DNA from: Antechinus flavipes
Lineage: Eukaryota
Direction: 5' to 3'
Length of the DNA stretch: 64,000 nucleotides
Assembly (NCBI RefSeq): GCF_016432865.1
Contig: NC_067401.1
Span: forward strand, 205,716,001 to 205,780,000
Shown: in pieces, positions 55,701-64,000 of the stretch
Position numbering within the stretch: the stretch's first letter is position 1
Layout of the letters: every line of letters begins with the position of its first letter
The notes under the pieces: model-generated
Databases searched by the model: none
What the model saw: only the letters and a program-made list of their open reading frames with translations
What the model was told of the DNA's origin: nothing
Translations under genes and position numbers: made by a program

Positions 55701-58009
55701 CTAGCGATTTATATGTAATAGATCTCTACCCTCAAGGAGCTTATTTCCATGATCAAAAATCATAGAAACTCAGATTTGGAAGAGACCTCAGACAGCATGA
55801 AATTTAACTCATCTGAGCAGGAATCATCTTTACAACATCCCCAATAAATAGTAATCCATTCTTTATTTCAAGGATTCTTAGCTGCTTAGCACAGTGTTTT
55901 GCACCCAAATAGGCATTTAATAACATACTTACTGATTAAGTCACCATTTTTGTGTCATGAGCTCTTTGGCAGTCCATGGATTTTTTCTCAGAATAATGCT
56001 ATTGTGTTTTTTTTTTTAATTAATAATTAAAGGAAATGCCAAATTTCAGTTAAAGTTTAATGAAAATAAAGATTTCATTTTTTCCTATTCAAGTTGATAG
56101 ACCCCTTAAACATCTCTCCACATATCAACTGGGAATTCATGGATTCCAGCTTAAGAACTTGAATATGCCATTTTTTAGGAAGATCACCACCTTCTTAAAT
56201 AGCCTGTTCCATTAAGATAGTTTTCCCTTTACTGAACACAGTGATCGCATTAGCTTCTCCCCCTTTCTTCCTACTTCTGCATTCTAATTTCTCTTCCACA
56301 TGGAAAACCTTCAAAAATTTGAAGACAACTATTCCATGGCTCTCTAAATTTTCTCTCTTCTCTGAGCTCAACTCATCACTTTTCTTTGGGCTTATAGAAA
56401 CCCAGCCAGCTCTTTTCTTGGTGACTCTTTGGTATCAGGCCCTTCAAGGCACCGTACAGACAGCCCATTCCACCTTTATTTAGACTGCTCTGCTAGACAG
56501 AGTATTGCATAAAGATGTTGAGCTCAAATTCACTTCCTGGTTACTTCTACCCATTGATTCTTTCTTTCAGAATCATACAGACCAGCCATGGGGTCATAGA
56601 CCTAGAGCTAAAAGAAACTTTCCAGCCCTCTCCCTTCATTTGATAGATGGGGCAACTGATTTGTTAAGAGAATTGAAATGACTTACCCAAGTTAATACAG
56701 ATCATGAATGCAGCTGTCCAGTGCTTTTTCCACATTGTCAAATCTCTCTTCCATATGCTAGTGACAGTCCCTCAGACATTGAGATTTACTCAAACTCTCA
56801 TCCTGTTGCCCCTTTTCCTGGCTACTTACTTTAGTGAATCCTCAAATTATGTGGTGTCTAATTCCTTTAATAAACAAAGTTCCTGCCCTCTAAGGGAGCC
56901 TGTAATCCAGTTCATAAGATAAGATATAAACTCAGGGAAAAGTTATATAATGATATAAGATTTAAGTTACAGCTCAAGACAGTGGTAGAAGAGATGATAA
57001 TGATACCTTATGTCTGTATTTCTTTGAAGTTTACAAAGCACTTTCACATTAGCTCATTTGGCAGTAAACAGAGATACGTACTTTTCAAATTCGCTCAGTA
57101 TCTCGGGTATCATCTCAAACATGTTTTTTCCAAGAGCAAACTTATTAACAGGCAAGAAGATCCTAGTAACTATCTCAAAGATTTAGTGATGCTGTTGAGT
57201 TCTTTCCCAGAGCTCAGAAAGCTTAGAGTCTTAACACCAGCTTTCCAGCGTTCCCTAGTTGGGTCCTTGAGCATAATTGCATAAAATTGCTTTGGAAAAT
57301 TTCAAAGCATTAATAGCCTTCTGCTTCTCACTTTGCCAGGGCATCCTTCCACATTCACCAGCACTGTTTTTTGCTTCCTAGAAAAAGAAGGTGGAGTAGG
57401 ACCTAAAGAATGCTACCATCATCGGGATACCTTTGTAAGACCTAAGGGAGTAGCTTTTCAGAGGGTAAGAGGGTGATGGTGGAGGTTAGGATTGACCAGA
57501 CTTTGGAAGAAAGCAGTATATTTCATAGAAGCGTGCATAACAGCCCGGCAGTGGAATGTGAAACTCTTGAAGATTGAAGACATCTGCATAGGGTTTCCTG
57601 ACAGCATCTCCACAGCTGGCTTGGATCATGGAATCCCAGCTGCATATACCAATATGAACCATAAGTTAAGTGATTCTTTCTGAGACCCTGTACTTGTGGG
57701 TACTGAAGGTTGAGGTCCTTAGGGCTAGTTGGAAAAGAACCACCCAAAAGGGAAAGATTTATTTGGAGCAAAATGGATAATGTACTTGGAGCATTTTTGC
57801 CAACTCTAAATGATTTTTATGCCAAAGGAATGCTTATAACAGTGTTCATTTTGACATGTAAATCATGGGCATAGGTCCCCTGTGGCAGATTTAGTAATGA
57901 GAATTCAAGGGTTACAAAGGCAAGTATCATCATCATATGTAAAATCCCAGACTTATATAACATTTTTGAAGGGAGGGGAGGAGAGGAGAAGGGAAGGAGA
58001 GGCAATCAG

Positions 58010-58125
58010 GGTTAAGTAACTTGCCCAAGGCCATACAGATAGAAAATATCTGAAGTAACATTTGAACTCAGGTCCTCCGGACTCCAGGATTGGTGCCCTA
58101 TCCACTGTACTGCCCAGCTGCCCCA
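58010..58125 (-). mobile_element. WSINE1/MAR1-type SINE 5' half
   Basis: gggttaagtaacttgcccaaggcc...tttgaactcaggtcctcc...ctatccactgtactgcccagctgcccc. Confidence 0.75.
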
Positions 58126-59304
58126 CTTGTATAATATATTATTCCATCTCATTCTCTCAGCAGCTCTGCAAGGTGGGTAGAAGAATATACCATTATGTCC
58201 AGTTTACAAGTAAACAAACTGAGGCCTAAAGAATTGAGTGAACTGCCCCGAGTCATATGTCGGCTTAGTGGAAAAATTGGAACAATAATCTAGGCCTTTT
58301 GATTCCTAATCCAGAATTCTTTTTGTTGTAGTTAGGACTCTAAACTCCTGTTAGTCATTGAAGGTTAATTGTTCTAACTTCTAGTTACTGAAGATGCCCC
58401 CATTAGATATGGCAGGTATAAAATGGCCAGAGGTGCTTCTGGCAAGGGGAGATGGGCTTGGGGGAGGGCAGTGGCATGTGTTTAAAATGGAGGCCTGAGT
58501 TCTAGAGCTTTTCTTAACACCTTAAGGCTTCTGTCTTATCTCAGAGATTCTTAGGTAGGCAAAAAGGTGGGAATTCTAGGCCATGATAAGCACCTTATAC
58601 TGATTTTTTTTTTTTTTTTTTTGAAGAGCATGAATTAAAAATAATGTCCTCTGGCCTCATTCAGCTTTTAGTTCCCAAGACTACCTGGAAAAGGAACTAA
58701 AGGTGCCCATCTTCCTTTGACTTTTGCTTTGACTGCTGGGAATAGCTATTAGTGTGGAACTGCTGGCTCAGGAATCTGCTCTGGCTCAGAGTTAGAAAAG
58801 TTTGGTGGAAAAGTGTCCTGTTATCTCATTCTTGTCCCAATGGCTCGATCTGTTTTTAGATGTCAGGAAGTCTAACAATAATGGTGCAATTATCTTGGTG
58901 AATAATGGATGAACCCAGAGAAGATATTGCTCTTATTCTGGTGATTATTTACCACATGCCTCTAATTTTGGTCCTTTCCAGTATGAACAGCTTGAGCCTG
59001 GTATGTGTATATATATAGCTTTCCCCACCCCCTACTCTTTCCCATCAAAACTCAGAGGCTCTCTGTGATCTTTTTTCATTTTCTAATAGCTCACATTTCC
59101 ATAGCATTTTATGGTTTACAGGACCCAGTGGGGGTGAGTAATGCTCAATATTATCTCCATTTTGAAGATGGGGAAACTGAGGCTCAGGAAAGTAGGGTGA
59201 CCTTTGCATGGTTACCTATCCCTACAGTCAGTTTTGGAGCTGGGTGTTTTTGACTCTTAAATGGGATATTCGTGCCAAAATTTGGAGCTAAGTGCTGGAT
59301 AAGT

Positions 59305-59495
59305 TGGGCAGCTAGATGGTGCAGTGGATGGTGTGCCAGGACTGGGGTCAGGAAGATCTAAATTCAAATCTAGCTTCAGATAGTTACTAACTGGGTAATC
59401 CTAGGCAGCTTACTTAACTGTGTTTGCCTCAAACCCCAAACAGGGTCACAAAGTGTTAGATAGGACTGAAAACTGACTAAACAAGCAACAACAAA
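59305..59495 (+). mobile_element. MAR1-like SINE with internal deletion
   Basis: gggcagctagatggtgcagtggat...aaaccccaaacagggtcacaaagtgttagataggactgaa. Confidence 0.7.
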
Positions 59496-60384
59496 GCTGA
59501 TTAAATATGAGTTCTTGAAAATGGTTGGGAAGGCTTCTTACCTTTCAACTGATGGCACTGAGGCAAAAGTATGGCACATTTTTCCTGCCAAAGACAGCTG
59601 ATACTGAGAATGATTACCATTATGCTCTTCCTTTGACCCAGAATGGATATCCTTGTGTTCCTGAACTCAGATTTATTAGGAGTTAATCCTGGTGACATAG
59701 GGCAGCTAGTTCCAGAATTAAAAAAATTTGAATGGGTTGAAATCTCAGCCCTCATACATCCTAACCTACATGATCTTGGAAAATGACTAAACCTTTTGCA
59801 GTTTGCCCCTATAATGAGGGGGCTGACTGGAGAGAGCTCTATAGCCTAGAGGTTGTAGCCACCCTTTTCTCACCTCTTTCCTTAAGAAAGGCAGCTGATA
59901 CTGTAGAAAGAGCCTTAGCTGTGCGGCCTTAGTTTCCTTCTTGGTCAAATAAGGGTTTGAGCTCTTTGTCAGAGCCCAGAACTAGCTGTTAGTTCAGTGG
60001 GCATTTCATGGAATCATAGAAGTAATCTCCTTAGTCTAATATTATAGTCTAACATATAGTCCATATAGTCTAATTCCTTAAATAAGCAGAAATATGTTCT
60101 ACATTAGGACTTCTTAACCTGTGGTAGTGGGTCTATGAACTTGGATGGGAAGAAAAATGACATCGTTATTTTTACCAACCTCTAACTGAAGTTTTACATT
60201 TTTTTCTTATTATTTAATCAATCAATAAACTTTTATTAAGTGCATGTTATATGCCAGGCACTGTGCTAAGAAGTGCTTTAATGTTTATAAACATGATTCT
60301 GAGAACGGTCCTTAGGTTTCATCACACTGCCAGTGAGGGCCATGGTGCAAGAAAGTTAAGAATCTCTATAGCAAATGATTTCTT

Positions 60385-61150
60385 TTTTTAAATTAGCCTC
60401 ATTTAATTTTTAATGAAACTTTTTATTTTCAAAACACATTCATTGATAATTTTTAATATCTACCCTCGCAAAACCTTGTGTTTCAAAATTTTTTTCTCCC
60501 TCTCTTCCTTAATCCCCTCCCCTAGATGGCAAGTAATCCAATATATGTTAAACATGTGCACTTCTTTTATACATATTTCCACAATTATCATGCTGCACAA
60601 GAAAAATAAGATCAAAAAGGCATAAAAAAAATGAGAAAGACAACAAAATGCAAGCAAACAACAAAAAAAGCAAAAATACTATGTGTTCCACATTCAGACT
60701 CTACAATCCTTTCTCTGGGTGCAGATGGCTCTTTCCATCACAAGATCATTCGAACTGGCCTGACTCACCTTGCTGTTGAAAAGAGCCACATCCATCAGAA
60801 CTGATCATCATATAATCTTCTTGTTGCCATGTATAACATATTCTTTTAGTTCTACTCGCTTCACTAACATCAGTTCATAGAAATTTCTCTGAAATCATCC
60901 TGCTGGTCATTTCTTATAGAACAATAATATTCCATAACATTCATATGCCATAACTTATTCAGTCATTCCTCAGCTGATGGGCATCTGATCAGTTTCCAGT
61001 TCCTTGCCATTACAAAAAAGCTGCTACAAACATTTTGGCACATGTGGGTCCTTTTCTCTTTTTTATAATCTCTTTGGGATACAGAACCCAGTGGAGTCAC
61101 TGCTAGATCAAAGAGTATGCACAGTTTGATAGCTCTTTGGGCATAGTTCC
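60385..61150 (-). mobile_element. LINE-1 3' end (end of ORF2 plus 3' UTR)
   Basis: cccctagatggcaagtaatcc...cataacttattcagtcattcc...tttccagttccttgccattacaaaaaagctgctacaaacatttt...ctgctagatcaaagagtatgcacagtttgatagctctttgggcatagttcca. Confidence 0.85.
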
Positions 61151-63179
61151 ATAGAAGCAAATAATTTTAAGGGTTTTTCTAGCACCAGTGGTCTGGGATT
61201 ATTTGATCTGGGAACACAGTCTTGCTTCCCTCTGCTCAACTTATTGAAGCTTTGAGCTTCTCTCCATAATCAGGGTGGTGGCTTGCTGGAAGAGAGAGAG
61301 GCTGAGTGCTGGGGAAGAGGTAGACTAGTCTTTAGAAGGTAGCAGTAAGTGTGAGGGGCCTGAGTAGGTGGCCATTGCCAGTGTTCCTTAGGGTCTAATT
61401 GGTTGTCACCAGAGTGCTGTAAAGCTAGAAGACACTTGTCAGGGACATTATAGAAGGAAGACCTGTTCAGCTACTGATGGGGACTGGATGGATTCTGAGA
61501 TCTCTTCCAGTTCTGAGATTCCAGGATCATAGAGAACATTAGTGCTGGAAAAGTCCCTTCATGTTGACTTGTCCAATGGGATCTCTCTTTTTTGAATTTA
61601 GTTCAGGGCAGATAGCTACAGAGCTCCCGAAAAGTGATCACTTGGGTCATTTGGGTTTAGGGAGAGGCAGGAGAAGAGGTTTCTTCTCACTCTGGCATTT
61701 TGCTGACACTCAGAGAGATAAAACTTCCCCTGGTCACACAGATGGGAAGTCAGGAATTAGGTTCATGTCTGGGGATCATATTATAGATTTTAGAACTAGA
61801 AGGAACCTGGGAGATCAGCTCCCTCATTTTATAGAAGAGGGTTTGCCCCGAGTCTCACAGGAGCAGAGCTGGAATCCAAGTCCTCATCTCCAGGCACAGT
61901 TTTTCCCACTATTTCATTTTTGAGTCTCCGTTGCTCCTGAGGAGTCAGGAGCTCTTTCTTCCTTCCCAATTGTCCAAATCCCCTTCACTGTTTCAGAGCC
62001 ACATTATGGGTCAGGGTCCATACAGAAGGCTTGCCCTGCAGTCCTGAGCAGAGCATTCTTTTCCAGGGCTAGTGTCTGGAGGAAAGCTTTCCTTTTCCAA
62101 AGCAGGTGTTCCTTGGGCAAGTGGAAACCTGTTCTCCCAATCAGAGGGAGCGCAGGGGCTCCAAAGGGCTTTGCGGGGGTAATCAACTAAGCTTTGTTTC
62201 TTGGGCTTCTCTGCCCTGTGAATGTCATTCACTGGCCACACTGTGGAGCATTGGATTCTGGAGCTGCTAGGAGTCTGCTCTCAAGTCCAGATTCTGCCTA
62301 AGCTGCCAAGAATCATTTTAGGTCTTTTCCAAGTATGTCAAGAACCAGTTTGTGTTGCTTTGACGAATGAAGCGCGCTATGATGTCCTCCCTGCCTGTTA
62401 GCTGGTGCTTTTCAAACTACCAGGGCACAGCCAGATGGTTCCTTCACATTTCTCCCTCCTTCCTGCTTTTAAGTGGTTTTCAGAGCACTTTTCACTCCCT
62501 ACAGCATATTTTGCATCCCTTTGTAATGAGCCAAAGTATTACCCCTTGTTTTGCCTTGTCTTGCCTTATTTTTCCCTTAGTTCTTGTTGGACCTGGGGAA
62601 GGCAGAGGAGGAAAGTTTCTGATTGGGTGTGGATGGGGACTTGGGGGGGGAGGGAATGCTTTGATTATCCTCTTTGTGTATCTGGATAGGATAGCTCCAT
62701 GTCTTCCATAATAGGTGGGCCTTGGACCCACCCCGTTTAAGAAAAAGATTAAGTACTTTAAGTGTTCTTTATACCATGGGAGGCATGAGTTCCCACCACT
62801 CCTTTCTGGCGTAATGAATTCCTTTAAACTTTGGGAAAGTAATCCTGTTCAGTGGAGCAGGTACCACAGAGAGCCCTTTCCCCCAATCTTCCTAGCTATA
62901 CCTCATTTCCCTTCTTCCCCTTTCCTTTTTCTGTCCAAACTACTCCACATAGCCCCTGCTTCCTATGGGAGAGGGAGAGAAACCACAATCCTTATTCCAT
63001 TCTAGCCCACTCCTTCCTAGGTTCTTCCAGTCTTCACCTTCTTTCCCCTTTTCTCTCTTGTTAGCTGTTCATCGATGCAAAGATCTCTTGGAGAATCAGG
63101 GAAGGCCAGTAAGATGAGGGAGGAGGGATTGAGTCTTACTGTATACTCTGTCCCTATGCCCTCTAGACCCTCTAGATCT

Positions 63180-63385
63180 AGCTATCTGACTTTCCATTCA
63201 ACCCTCAGAAGACCTGGTCCTTGCCATGTGCTCTGTAACTGTGCCCTCTTGTGCATGTTCTCTCCCCTAATTAGAATGTGAACTTCTAGAGAGCAGGAAC
63301 TGTCTCCTTTGTCTTTGTATCCCCATCATTCAGCATAGTACTTAGCACATAGTAATTGCTTTAATCAATGCCTTTTCATTCATTC
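63180..63385 (+). mobile_element. LINE-2 3' end
   Basis: cccctaattagaatgtgaacttctagagagcaggaactgtc...tttgtatcccc...gcacatagtaattgctttaatcaatgc. Confidence 0.7.
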
Positions 63386-63704
63386 ACACTTTTTTTTGGC
63401 TTGGATTTGCTTTGGGACTGATGATGAACTGGGAGGGATACAGATAGCATGCTGGATAAGGTTGCTTGCTGTGTAAAAGCGTAGACTGAGGAGTAATGTT
63501 TCCCACCGAGAAATTGGAGTGCCTGACTACAGACTCTCTGGAAGGAAGACACCAAAGATTCCAACTTGCCTTTGTCAGAGGCTTGCTCCACAGTCCTTTG
63601 GGGTGGGTGAGAAAGGACTAGTAAGATATTCTTAGAGTCTTAGAGAGACTTCTAGCTTTAGTTATCTTAAAAATCAATAACCAATTGTTAGTTCAGTTTA
63701 AATA

Positions 63705-63886
63705 NNNNNNNNNNNNNNNNNNNNNNNNNNNNNNNNNNNNNNNNNNNNNNNNNNNNNNNNNNNNNNNNNNNNNNNNNNNNNNNNNNNNNNNNNNNNNNNN
63801 NNNNNNNNNNNNNNNNNNNNNNNNNNNNNNNNNNNNNNNNNNNNNNNNNNNNNNNNNNNNNNNNNNNNNNNNNNNNNNNNNNNNNN
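63705..63886. other. Assembly gap (182 N)
   Basis: Run of N. Confidence 0.99.
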
Positions 63887-64000
63887 CACTCTTTCCCTCC
63901 ACTTTGGACCTGGAAGGCAGCCCAGTGAGTGATCACAGATTGTACCAGAAGTCAGTAGACTTAGGTTCCAGACCCAGCCCTTTCAGTAGAGTCCAGGCCT

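Noticed and set aside
63688-63936. ORFs at the right end of the window
   Set aside because: Artefacts of the N gap.
32568-64000. Search for PTK7 exon 2 (Ig domain) or an intronic RNA gene
   Set aside because: No Ig-like ORF, tRNA, rRNA or convincing snoRNA was seen; intron 1 runs past the window.

Overview
Mammalian genomic DNA, almost certainly a marsupial and probably an Australian dasyurid, judged from WSINE1-like and MAR1-like SINEs and marsupial-type L1 3' ends. The window is syntenic with human 6p21.1. It holds, left to right: the 5' part of a cullin-7/9 family gene on the minus strand (5 coding exons, continuing past the left edge; CUL7 by position); a complete 7-exon MRPL2 (minus, 298 aa); a complete KLC4 (plus, 15 coding exons, 610 aa) sharing a bidirectional CpG promoter with MRPL2; and PTK7 exon 1 followed by more than 31 kb of intron 1. 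All exon boundaries were read from splice signals and the reading frames join correctly. The best leads are: (1) the gene in the CUL7 position encodes a strongly CUL9-like N-terminus in a CpG-rich tract, suggesting gene conversion between the inverted paralogues or fast divergence of eutherian CUL7; (2) a tight cluster of CDX/posterior-HOX TTTATGG motifs in PTK7 intron 1; (3) a TCF/LEF plus TEAD motif cluster nearby; (4) a roughly 900-bp degenerate minisatellite just after KLC4 exon 1; (5) a 318-nt stop-free in-frame KLC4 intron; (6) a GC-AG intron in MRPL2. Comparisons with human proteins are from memory, not from a database search.
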